In this document: one piece after another, positions 16,982 to 25,689 of the stretch
Position numbering within the stretch: position 1 is the stretch's first letter
Layout: each line of letters opens with the position of its first letter
Source: an uncultured Alphaproteobacteria bacterium
Lineage (GTDB): Bacteria > Pseudomonadota > Alphaproteobacteria > HIMB59 > GCA-002718135
Assembly: GCA_902512415.1 (NCBI GenBank)
Contig: CABXJB010000001.1
Location: forward strand, 4,384 to 68,383
Length of the DNA: 64,000 nucleotides
Direction: 5' to 3'
Translations under genes and position numbers: made by a program
Notes under the pieces: generated by a model
The model's database searches: none
What the model was told of the DNA's origin: nothing
Seen by the model: the letters and a program-made list of their open reading frames with translations, nothing else

Positions 16982-17170
16982 ATGCTTTCACTCCAAGCAA
17001 TCATTGCCTTAACATATGTTCCTTCTGTGCCACTCATTGCGTTTTCTGTAGTTGCGGGCATGGAAAATAATCCTAAAGCACAGAAATGGTACGGTTTTTT
17101 TGGGGGTGTTTTTTTTGTTATTGCTACTGTTGCCTATGTTTTTTTTCTTGGTGAACTTTTATCAAACTAG
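16982..17170 (+). CDS. small two-TM membrane protein (62 aa), function unknown
   Basis: Two hydrophobic segments (LIAFSVVAG, GGVFFVIATVAYVFFLG). ATG is 41.5 bp from the box centre. Confidence 0.4.
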   Translation: MLSLQAIIALTYVPSVPLIAFSVVAGMENNPKAQKWYGFFGGVFFVIATVAYVFFLGELLSN

Positions 17171-17664
17171 GGTGAGAGATTAATTTGTAAACAAGTAGGG
17201 TTTATTCTTTTAGCGCCTGCCTCTTGTAGAAATAATGCGTACCAATCATTTTCTTTTATATCATAGATTTTAATTGTTGAACATTTTAGATCTATTCCTA
17301 ATCTAATTATATACTCTATAAACTGTTTCAATACTTTCTGACGCCCAATTGGTCCAGGAATAATAATATGCTCAATTATTAATTTTTTTTTGTGATCTGC
17401 ACAGCAAGTAAAAAGGCCATGAATATAATCATTGGTGCTTCTGGCAATAATAATATCTTGAAAAGTAGTTTGCTGTTTTGCATATTGCTTTAATTTATAA
17501 GGAGACATATTGCTCCATAATTTTAAAAAATTATCTATAGTGCAATTTGGTTTATGTTCTTGAAAAAGAGAAAAAGTTTTACTGATATGACAGCGACCCA
17601 TTGGTGTAATAAGGAGTTTATTTAGAGTTTCATATTTATCTTTAGCTACACGTTCTACTGTCAT
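17167..17664 (-). CDS. hypothetical protein (165 aa)
   Basis: Intact ORF convergent with the 62-aa gene (4-nt overlap); no motif I can assign. ATG is 40.5 bp from the centre of box 17698-17711. Confidence 0.5.
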   Translation of the reverse strand: MTVERVAKDKYETLNKLLITPMGRCHISKTFSLFQEHKPNCTIDNFLKLWSNMSPYKLKQYAKQQTTFQDIIIARSTNDYIHGLFTCCADHKKKLIIEHIIIPGPIGRQKVLKQFIEYIIRLGIDLKCSTIKIYDIKENDWYALFLQEAGAKRINPTCLQINLSP

Positions 17665-17697
17665 AATTTGAATTTACACGGTTATAAGTTTAAAACT

Positions 17698-17711
17698 TTG
17701 ATTTAGATCAA
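17698..17711. promoter_or_regulatory. FNR-type box shared by the divergent 165-aa gene and the fnr-like gene
   Basis: TTGATttagATCAA read directly. Confidence 0.7.
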
Positions 17712-17750
17712 TTCCTGCTAGAAATTTATTTGTTAAAAGAATACACTTTA

Positions 17751-18485
17751 ATGGAGCATAGAATGGAACCAGTTGCAAGTTGTACAACAAAGAATAAAAA
17801 CAATAATCATAGGTGCGCTCAATGCTCTGTACGCCTAATTGCTTTTTGTGGTATTCTAGATGACAGTGATATTATACAATTAGAAGCAATATCTAAAAAT
17901 ATATCTTTTCCCAAAGGAACAAATATTTTCTTTCAAGGTGATCAAGTTAAAACATTCTTCAATATTAAACAAGGAAGTATAAAAATATACAAACTTTCAC
18001 ATGATGGAAGAAAACAAATTGTAGGTTTTTTGTATCCTGGGGATTTTTTAGGTATGTCAGATCAAGAAGTTTATACTTACAATGCAGAAGCTTTAGAAGA
18101 TACGCAACTGTGTCAATTCAATAAAATAGTTCTAGAGAATTTTTTTCTTAAATTTCCTAAGATTGAAAATAAAATACTTAATTTGGTTAATCATGAACTA
18201 GCAGTTGCGCAGGATCAAATTTTTCTTTTGGGAAAATATTCTGCGAGAGAACGCTTATTACAATTTTTCTTGAACATATCGAATCAGCGTGAGAAACTAG
18301 GATGGGGAGGCAACCCTATTCGTCTCAGTATGCCAAGATCTGATATAGCCAACTATTTAGGACTGACCATTGAGACAGTTAGCAGAACGCTTGCCGATCT
18401 TAAGAACGAGCAAATTATTAAAATGTTAGGGACTCAAGATATTTTTTTGAATAATAAGGATGAAATTCCACAGTATTTGTCCTAG
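17751..18485 (+). CDS. fnr: CRP/FNR-family transcription regulator, FnrL/FnrN-type (putative [4Fe-4S] O2 sensor)
   Basis: N-terminal C-x2-C-x7-C (CAQCSVRLIAFC) plus a further Cys upstream and a central Cys (TQLCQF); cNMP-like beta-roll; HTH with the ETVSR recognition motif. Start may be 17730, 17751 or 17763. Confidence 0.85.
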   Translation: MEHRMEPVASCTTKNKNNNHRCAQCSVRLIAFCGILDDSDIIQLEAISKNISFPKGTNIFFQGDQVKTFFNIKQGSIKIYKLSHDGRKQIVGFLYPGDFLGMSDQEVYTYNAEALEDTQLCQFNKIVLENFFLKFPKIENKILNLVNHELAVAQDQIFLLGKYSARERLLQFFLNISNQREKLGWGGNPIRLSMPRSDIANYLGLTIETVSRTLADLKNEQIIKMLGTQDIFLNNKDEIPQYLS

Positions 18486-18566
18486 ATCATTAGTTTATAT
18501 AGTAGCTAATTAATCTTTGATATTTGGGTAAAGAGCTTGAATGGAGAAATTTAATTAATTGGGATA

Positions 18567-19073
18567 TTACTCTTTATTGTATGGAGTAAAGCTAGGTATG
18601 AACATATTCACTTTATCTCTATAATTTTTATAGTCTTCTCCAAATCTTTTTATTAGATCTTTTTCCTCAAAATTTTTAAAATAAAAGATATTTCCAATAA
18701 AGAAAATTAAGAACCAATAAAATATTGGCATTGAAGAAAATAATATTGACTCAAATAATAATAAAAAGAACACACCGATCAACATTGGATTGCGCACATA
18801 ACAATAAGGTCCTGAAATTATTAGTTTACTAACCGGTTTCCAAGGCCCAGGAGTTCCGTCCCCTCCAAAATTATAAAAAGTTCGAACAGACCAAATAGCA
18901 AGCCAAAGACCAAGAATAAAAAATAGAAGGGAGATATAAAATAATACGCTACTTAAATTTATTAAATGATACGAATAAGTTTCTTTTGTTAAAAAATAGA
19001 TAATTAAAGGAATGGTTATAAGGACATTGCCAGGAAGAATAAGTACTACCTTAAAATACTCTAATTTTTTCAT
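18567..19073 (-). CDS. membrane methyltransferase-like protein (ICMT/PEMT family)
   Basis: Four or five TM segments and an RNPMLIG motif reminiscent of RNPMY-G in isoprenylcysteine/phospholipid methyltransferases. Confidence 0.55.
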   Translation of the reverse strand: MKKLEYFKVVLILPGNVLITIPLIIYFLTKETYSYHLINLSSVLFYISLLFFILGLWLAIWSVRTFYNFGGDGTPGPWKPVSKLIISGPYCYVRNPMLIGVFFLLLFESILFSSMPIFYWFLIFFIGNIFYFKNFEEKDLIKRFGEDYKNYRDKVNMFIPSFTPYNKE

Positions 19074-20050
19074 TACTGAGAAGCAATAACACTAATAATC
19101 TCAAACATAATAGATGCAGCTACCATTGATGTAATATTATTTTTCTGATCTTTGGTTGGCATTAAACATACAACGTCCCCACCAATAACGTTTTTATTTT
19201 TTACCGATTGAATTAATGCTTTTGCCTCATCAATTGTAAAACCCGTAAAACTAGGTTCAATATTTGAAACAGCAGGAGCTACTGATGCATCAAGTGAATC
19301 TAAATCAAAAGTAATATAAATCGGATTATCGCCTACTTTATCAAGCGTTTCTTTGATAACATCATCAATGCCTCTTTTTTGAAATTCATCCATAGTAACA
19401 ACATTATATCCAAGATCATAACTTGGTTGTAACCAATCTAATGTGCGGGGATTCCCGCGCATGCCAATTTGCATACTGGTCTTGGGATCTATTATACCTT
19501 GCTCAACAAGATAAGCCCCCCAATGAGCGGCACTCTTTTTTGCCCCCATAAAATGATCAAGCTGACTAAAAGTATCGGTGTGCGCATCGATGTGAAGGAA
19601 TGATATCTTTTTTCCTTTAGTCATTTCTAAATTATTACACCCTAAACCCTGCAAGATACCGCCTGTAATAGAGTGATCTCCACCTATTGATACAACAGGT
19701 TTATTTTCACTGGCAATTTTTTTATAAAAATTAGTTATATCCTCAATACATTTTTCATTATTATTCGCATGAGGAAGAGCAACATCACCTAGATCAAAAA
19801 TTTTTTTCTTCTTCCAAGGATTAATATTAAAATCTAAATGAACTCTTCGAAGTCCGGCAGACACATGACGCACTGCCCTTGGACCTAAGTGTTGATCTCT
19901 TTCTGTTGTTCCATTACCGGTACTGTGAGGCACTCCCACTAAAGCTATTTCACAATTTGATAGATCTTTATTATGCTCGCAACGAAATAATGTTGGTATT
20001 CCCCACCAATACATTGTTTCCATCATTAACTCATCATTTGAGCGAGTCAT
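19073..20050 (-). CDS. ureohydrolase (agmatinase/guanidino-acid hydrolase family)
   Basis: Mn-binding motifs GGDHSIT, HIDAHTDT and FDLDSLD. Confidence 0.85.
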   Translation of the reverse strand: MTRSNDELMMETMYWWGIPTLFRCEHNKDLSNCEIALVGVPHSTGNGTTERDQHLGPRAVRHVSAGLRRVHLDFNINPWKKKKIFDLGDVALPHANNNEKCIEDITNFYKKIASENKPVVSIGGDHSITGGILQGLGCNNLEMTKGKKISFLHIDAHTDTFSQLDHFMGAKKSAAHWGAYLVEQGIIDPKTSMQIGMRGNPRTLDWLQPSYDLGYNVVTMDEFQKRGIDDVIKETLDKVGDNPIYITFDLDSLDASVAPAVSNIEPSFTGFTIDEAKALIQSVKNKNVIGGDVVCLMPTKDQKNNITSMVAASIMFEIISVIASQ

Positions 20051-20061
20051 ATTTAATATAA

Positions 20062-21177
20062 TTAGTTTATTGCCTTGCTTGGATCAACGAATTCTAAATC
20101 CAAATCATCCGCTACAGCTTTGTATGTTACATTACCTTTACATACATTAAGACCTGCTAGAAAATTAGCATCACTTGCTAGTGCATCTTGGTATCCTTCT
20201 TGGGCAAGTTTTAACACAAAAGGTAGGGTAGCTGCATTTAATGCTAAGGTTGAAGTCATTGGAACACCCCCTGGCATATTGGCTACACAATAATGTACAA
20301 CATCATCAATAATATAAGTTGGATCGGCATGTGTTGTTGGTTTACTCGTCTCTACACACCCTCCTTGATCAATTGCGACGTCTACAATTACTGATCCACG
20401 TTTCATTTTTTTAATCATTTCCTTTGAAACTAATTTTGGTGCATTTGCCCCTGGTATTAAAACACCACCAATTAATAAATCACAATTAGCAACATGGTCT
20501 TCTAATTTTATTTCATCAGAAAGAAGTGTAGTAATACTTTCCCCAAATTGAGATTTTAATTCATTTAATCTTACTTCAGATTTATCAACAATAAAAACAT
20601 TTGCTTGCATCCCCGTTGCAATAATGGCTGCATTTTCACCAACAACTCCTCCTCCTAAGATCAAAACTGATCCTGGATTTACACCAGGAGCACCACCTAT
20701 TAATAACCCTTTTCCTCCTAGAGGTTTTTCTAAAGAACGAGCTCCCGCCTGAATAGACATTCTACCAGCGACTGCACTCATTGGAGCTAATAAAGGTAAG
20801 CGATTATTTTCATCTGTTACTGTTTCATAAGCAATACAAATAGATTTTGAGTCTACCAAACCTTTTGTTAAATCCGGTGCGGCAGATAGATGAAGATAAG
20901 TAAAAAGAAGTTGATTTTCTCTAAGCATAGATACTTCTTCACTCAGTGGCTCTTTTACTTTAACAATCATGTCAGCATCATTAAAGACATCGCCGGCACT
21001 CGGCGCTATTTTTGCGCCTATTTTTTTATAATCAGAATTTTCAAATCCTGCCCCATAACCTGCCTTATCTTGAATAATTACTTTATGACCATGATTAATA
21101 AGTTCTTGAACGCTAGCAGGAGTTAAACCGACACGTGATTCCTGTGCTTTAATTTCTGTTGGTATACCAACTTTCAT
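20062..21177 (-). CDS. ald: alanine dehydrogenase
   Basis: 371 aa; MKVGIPTEIK start, Rossmann motif ILGGGVVG, AlaDH/PNT family pattern throughout. Confidence 0.9.
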   Translation of the reverse strand: MKVGIPTEIKAQESRVGLTPASVQELINHGHKVIIQDKAGYGAGFENSDYKKIGAKIAPSAGDVFNDADMIVKVKEPLSEEVSMLRENQLLFTYLHLSAAPDLTKGLVDSKSICIAYETVTDENNRLPLLAPMSAVAGRMSIQAGARSLEKPLGGKGLLIGGAPGVNPGSVLILGGGVVGENAAIIATGMQANVFIVDKSEVRLNELKSQFGESITTLLSDEIKLEDHVANCDLLIGGVLIPGANAPKLVSKEMIKKMKRGSVIVDVAIDQGGCVETSKPTTHADPTYIIDDVVHYCVANMPGGVPMTSTLALNAATLPFVLKLAQEGYQDALASDANFLAGLNVCKGNVTYKAVADDLDLEFVDPSKAIN

Positions 21178-22517
21178 TACCTATCTTTCATGTAATTAGA
21201 AATACCAGTTCTTAATTTTTCAATAATTTCATCAATATGTTTTTTTTCACATACAAAAGGAGGAGCTACAATTAGACAATCACCTGTTGCTTTTAAACTT
21301 AAGCCAGCTTCAAATAGTTTTTTAAAACATGCATATCCAGCCTTACCAACACGTTCATCCATTCTCATATCAATACCGCCCATCATGCCATAGCCTCTTA
21401 TATCAACAACAATATCAAGGTCTTTTAAACTAAATAAACCATCTAGAAAATATGGTGACATATCTTTTGCGCGATCAAAAAGTTTTTCTTTCTCAAAAAT
21501 ATCCTGCATTGCAAGTCCTGCAGCCATAGAGACAGGAATTGCAGAATATGTATAACCATGAAAAAATTCTACAGCACCAGTTGGTGAAGCATTAAGAACA
21601 GTATCATATATTTCTTCACGAGACGCAACTGCGCCTAGAGGAACTACACCATTAGTAATCGCTTTTGCCATTGTCATCATATCTGGTGTTACTCCAAATG
21701 CTTGTGCAGCAAATGGTGCTCCCGTTCTACCCCAACCTGTAATAACTTCATCAAAGATTAGTAGTATGCCGTGCTTATCACAAATTTCTCGCAACCTTTG
21801 TAAGTATCCTTTAGGTGGAACTAGTGTACCAGTTGAACCTGCTATAGGCTCTACTATACAAGCAGCAATATTTTCTGCGCCAATGTTACCTGCTATTCTT
21901 TCTAAATCATCTGCTAAATCTGCACCGGTCTCAGGCTCGCCCTTAACAAATAAATTTTCTGGAAGATGTGTATGGCGTAAATGATGAACATTTGGCATCA
22001 AAATATTTGAAAAAGTTTTTCTATTAGCAATCATACCACCAACAGAGATTCCTCCAATATTCATACCATGATATCCTCTTTCACGACCTACTATGTGTGA
22101 GCGATGACCTTCACCCTTTGCTTTAAAATAAGCGATAGCCGTTTTAATTGCTGTTTCAACAGCTGATGAACCACAAATAGTAAAGAATATTCTGTTTAGA
22201 TCTCCAGGTGTATGTTGAGCAACTCTCCTAGCTAATTCAAATGAACCGCTATACCCCTGTTGAAATGGCTGAACATAATCAAGTTGTTCTAGTTGTTTTG
22301 CTACTGCTTCTCGAATTTCTGGTCTAGAATGACCTGCAGGACTACAAAATAGACCTGAACTTGCATCAATTAAATTATTACCGTGATGATCAGTGTAATA
22401 TACACCTTCAGCTTTAACCATTAGACGTGGATTATTTTTAAAATCCTTATTTGATGTAAAGGGCATCCAATGTTCTTCAAGAGAATTTGGTAATTCGGTT
22501 CTTTTTTCTATATCCAT
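21177..22517 (-). CDS. class-III (omega) aminotransferase, omega-amino acid:pyruvate type
   Basis: 446 aa; DEVITGWGRTG, PLP-lysine region MTMAKAITNG; ATGA overlap with ald. Confidence 0.85.
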   Translation of the reverse strand: MDIEKRTELPNSLEEHWMPFTSNKDFKNNPRLMVKAEGVYYTDHHGNNLIDASSGLFCSPAGHSRPEIREAVAKQLEQLDYVQPFQQGYSGSFELARRVAQHTPGDLNRIFFTICGSSAVETAIKTAIAYFKAKGEGHRSHIVGRERGYHGMNIGGISVGGMIANRKTFSNILMPNVHHLRHTHLPENLFVKGEPETGADLADDLERIAGNIGAENIAACIVEPIAGSTGTLVPPKGYLQRLREICDKHGILLIFDEVITGWGRTGAPFAAQAFGVTPDMMTMAKAITNGVVPLGAVASREEIYDTVLNASPTGAVEFFHGYTYSAIPVSMAAGLAMQDIFEKEKLFDRAKDMSPYFLDGLFSLKDLDIVVDIRGYGMMGGIDMRMDERVGKAGYACFKKLFEAGLSLKATGDCLIVAPPFVCEKKHIDEIIEKLRTGISNYMKDR

Positions 22518-22651
22518 AATATTCTTTCTAATTTGGCAAATTTTACTAAGCCTTATACGATAGAATAAGGTAATCCAAGCAGAATTCTTTATATAAAGTT
22601 TAATTTCATAGGAAAAAATAACAGCCTAGTATAGAAGGAAAATAATCAACC

Positions 22652-23563
22652 ATGCTCAGTAAATTAAAAGCAATTGTTCCAGAAAGTCTGATTTCATTGG
22701 CTAAAAAGACACCAAAAATTCCGGTTGGAATTGTATGTGCGAATCACTCTGCCTCAATTGAGTCAGCTAAAGAGGCCTGTGATATCAACTTAATTGATCC
22801 TATATTTATTGGTCAAGAAGATAAAATTAAAGAAGAAGCTAATAATATTTCTTGGAATATTAACTCATATAAATTGATTAATACGAATAATGATCAAGAA
22901 GCAGCAATTGCAGGTGCTAACCTTGCTAAAGATAATAAAATAAAAGTTTTGATCAAAGGAAATATTCATACAGATATCTTAATGCGTACATATTTAAAAA
23001 AAGAATTTGGATTAATTAGCGGTAAGCGCCTAAGTCATATTTGGCATATGACTACGAATGAGAATTCAAAACCACTTTTTATTACTGACGGTGCACTTAA
23101 TGTGGCACCTAGAATAGATGTAAAAATGCATATTTTACAAAATGTAATTGAGTTTGCTAACAAAATAAATATTCCAAAACCACGCGTAGCTGTATTGTCG
23201 GGAACAGAAGATGCTATTGAGAGTATGCCGAGTTCTATAGAAGCAAAAGAAATCATGGAACGTGCACAAAAAGAAAATATTAATGCATATGTACATGGTC
23301 CTCTTGCTTTTGATAATGCAATTTCTCCTCAAGCAGCAGAAATAAAAAAAATTAGTAATGAGGTCGCTGGTAGAGCAGATATATTACTAGTTCCAAACTT
23401 AGAGACAGGAAATGCCTTATCAAAAATGATGGTCTATTTTATGGGAGCATGTGCGGCTGGATTTATTGTTGGAGGAAAAGTGCCTGTTGTAGTGACAAGT
23501 AGAGCAGATAATGCTGCATCAAGACTTGCCTCTATTGCAGCATCAATCATTGCAGCTCAATAG
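22652..23563 (+). CDS. phosphate acetyl/butyryl-transferase family protein
   Basis: 303 aa; PNLETGNALSKM and the C-terminal VVVTSRADNAASRL pattern of the Pta/Ptb family. Confidence 0.75.
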   Translation: MLSKLKAIVPESLISLAKKTPKIPVGIVCANHSASIESAKEACDINLIDPIFIGQEDKIKEEANNISWNINSYKLINTNNDQEAAIAGANLAKDNKIKVLIKGNIHTDILMRTYLKKEFGLISGKRLSHIWHMTTNENSKPLFITDGALNVAPRIDVKMHILQNVIEFANKINIPKPRVAVLSGTEDAIESMPSSIEAKEIMERAQKENINAYVHGPLAFDNAISPQAAEIKKISNEVAGRADILLVPNLETGNALSKMMVYFMGACAAGFIVGGKVPVVVTSRADNAASRLASIAASIIAAQ

Positions 23564-24465
23564 TGATACGAAATAAATTTCTTTATGTAACTCTGCTTGC
23601 TATTAGCGCAACATTGTTTGGTTCTTCTATGGGTGCAGGTGTTAAGCTTTTATCAGATGACTTACATCCTATTATTATATGTTTTTATCGTTGCTTGATG
23701 GGATTAATTTTAATAATTCCTTTTGTAGCTCTAAATAATTTTAAAGCACTTAAATCCAATAATACAAAACTGCAATTGATAAGGGCTTCTATAAATATCA
23801 TTTCAATGATTTGTTGGTTTAGTGCAATTGGCATAATGCATTTTGAAAAAGCCACTGCCCTTGGTTTTACAACACCTTTATTTACTACTATTTTAGCTGT
23901 TATTGTTTTAGGTGAAGTAATTCGCTTTCATAGAACAGCTGCATTGATCTTAGGTTTTATTGGAATTATTATTATAATACGTCCAGGTTACGTACCTTTT
24001 GAATATGGCACCTTATTAATGCTTGCTGCCTCTTTAAGTTTTTCTTTTGTATTAATTTTTGTTAAAAAATTATCAGCTACAGACTCAAGCCTAACAATCA
24101 TATTTTATCACTTGTTATATATGACTCCTGTGTTTTTTATTCTTTCTTTATTTTATTGGGAAAGCGTTAGCTTTAATCAATTAATAATTTTTGTTTTTAT
24201 GGGCGCATCAGGACTGTTATCACATTGGTGTTTAGCACAAGCTTTTAAACTATCTGATACAACTTTTGTTATGCCGCTTCAATTTACAAAGTTAATATGG
24301 GCATCTTTGATTGGATTATTTATCTTTGCTGAACAACCAGATATTTGGACTTGGGTTGGGGGTGTAATTATATTTATCTCTGTTGTGTATATTACGTACC
24401 GAGAAGCCTTTAAGAAAAAAGGAACACAAAAACCTATTCAAGTTGATAGAGCAATTATAAATTAA
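23563..24465 (+). CDS. DMT/EamA-family membrane transporter
   Basis: 300 aa, about 10 TM segments in two EamA-like halves; start overlaps the pta-like stop. Confidence 0.8.
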   Translation: MIRNKFLYVTLLAISATLFGSSMGAGVKLLSDDLHPIIICFYRCLMGLILIIPFVALNNFKALKSNNTKLQLIRASINIISMICWFSAIGIMHFEKATALGFTTPLFTTILAVIVLGEVIRFHRTAALILGFIGIIIIIRPGYVPFEYGTLLMLAASLSFSFVLIFVKKLSATDSSLTIIFYHLLYMTPVFFILSLFYWESVSFNQLIIFVFMGASGLLSHWCLAQAFKLSDTTFVMPLQFTKLIWASLIGLFIFAEQPDIWTWVGGVIIFISVVYITYREAFKKKGTQKPIQVDRAIIN

Positions 24466-24531
24466 TTTTTCGAAGGATAAGTTTTTTCCTCTTAATACCT
24501 ATCTGAAAAATAAAATATATTATAATGACAT

Positions 24532-25689
24532 TTAACCAACTACTAAGTCTAATTTTAACTTTCCTAAACGTTCACAACCTGTTTCAGTAATAATATATGT
24601 TTCTCCTAAATTCATAGCAGTTTGCGTTTCACTGTGCATTAAAATCATATGCATAAAAAAAACTTGATTTTTATCTATTAAAATTGGATTGTTTTCATAT
24701 AACATTGGCCAATCCATCCAATTTGGGGCAAATGTTGCACCTAAAGAATATCCGCAAGCGTTAAGTCTTGCAGATTTGTATTTTGTTCTATCAATTACCA
24801 ATCGATGTTGTTCAAATACATCCCCTGCTGTACTGCCAACTTTTAATTTGCTTTCACATGCATTTAATGCCTCTAAACATATTTCATATAATTCTAAATG
24901 TTCTCTTTTAGCTTTTCCAATTGGAATGGTTCTCATTAAAGCTGAATGATAATGTCGGTAAACTCCAGCAAATTCTAAAGTGAGCTGATCCAAGTGGTCT
25001 AGTTTTCTACGTCCTGAAAAATAACGACACAATAAAGCATCAGGGCCAGATCCTATTATGAATTCATTCCCCGGATAATCTCCACCTCCTGAAAATATTG
25101 CTCCTTGCATTTCAGATAATATGTCAGATTCATTTGCTCCTGGATGTGATAAATGCCACGCTTTTTCTAAAGCTTTGTCAGCCAATTCTGCTGCTTTTCG
25201 TATATATTTTATTTCCTGCTCTGACTTAACTAACCGATGCTTAGTTATTAAAAATGATTCATCATGCAGTTTTGCAAAATTATTGAGAGAATGATTTAAC
25301 ATCATTGCATTTTTACCTGTTAACCCATAACTTTCATATTCAATACCTAAGTTTTTATTTTCTAAATTTAATTTAATCAATATAGATTTAAGTTCTTCGG
25401 CAGGATTATTATTATCTTTATCAACCCATATACGAATATCTTTTATATTAGATGTGTTTTGAGCCTGTCTTAAATCTGCAGCTCTAGTTAACAAAATTTT
25501 ATTACCTTCTGAAGTTAAAACTAGGCACTGAAAAAAAACATATCCAAATGTATCGTATCCAGTCAACCAGTACATTGATTCTTGACGAAATAATAATAAA
25601 GCATCAATATTTTTTTCTTTCATAGATTGAATAATTTTTTTTTCTCTAAGTTCAAATTCCTGTTTTGTAAAATGTAACGCCATATTCAA
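24532..25689 (-). CDS. M24-family hydrolase with creatinase/prolidase N-domain (Xaa-Pro peptidase / creatinase / ectoine-hydrolase-like)
   Basis: 385 aa with a creatinase-type N-domain followed by a pita-bread-like C-domain. Substrate cannot be assigned. Confidence 0.65.
   Translation of the reverse strand: MNMALHFTKQEFELREKKIIQSMKEKNIDALLLFRQESMYWLTGYDTFGYVFFQCLVLTSEGNKILLTRAADLRQAQNTSNIKDIRIWVDKDNNNPAEELKSILIKLNLENKNLGIEYESYGLTGKNAMMLNHSLNNFAKLHDESFLITKHRLVKSEQEIKYIRKAAELADKALEKAWHLSHPGANESDILSEMQGAIFSGGGDYPGNEFIIGSGPDALLCRYFSGRRKLDHLDQLTLEFAGVYRHYHSALMRTIPIGKAKREHLELYEICLEALNACESKLKVGSTAGDVFEQHRLVIDRTKYKSARLNACGYSLGATFAPNWMDWPMLYENNPILIDKNQVFFMHMILMHSETQTAMNLGETYIITETGCERLGKLKLDLVVG

Noticed and set aside
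11263-18566. The FNR-box island as a horizontally acquired mobile genomic island.
   Set aside because: I see no integrase, transposase, flanking direct repeats or tRNA at the borders, and no visible composition shift relative to neighbouring DNA. Accessory status can only be judged by comparing genomes.
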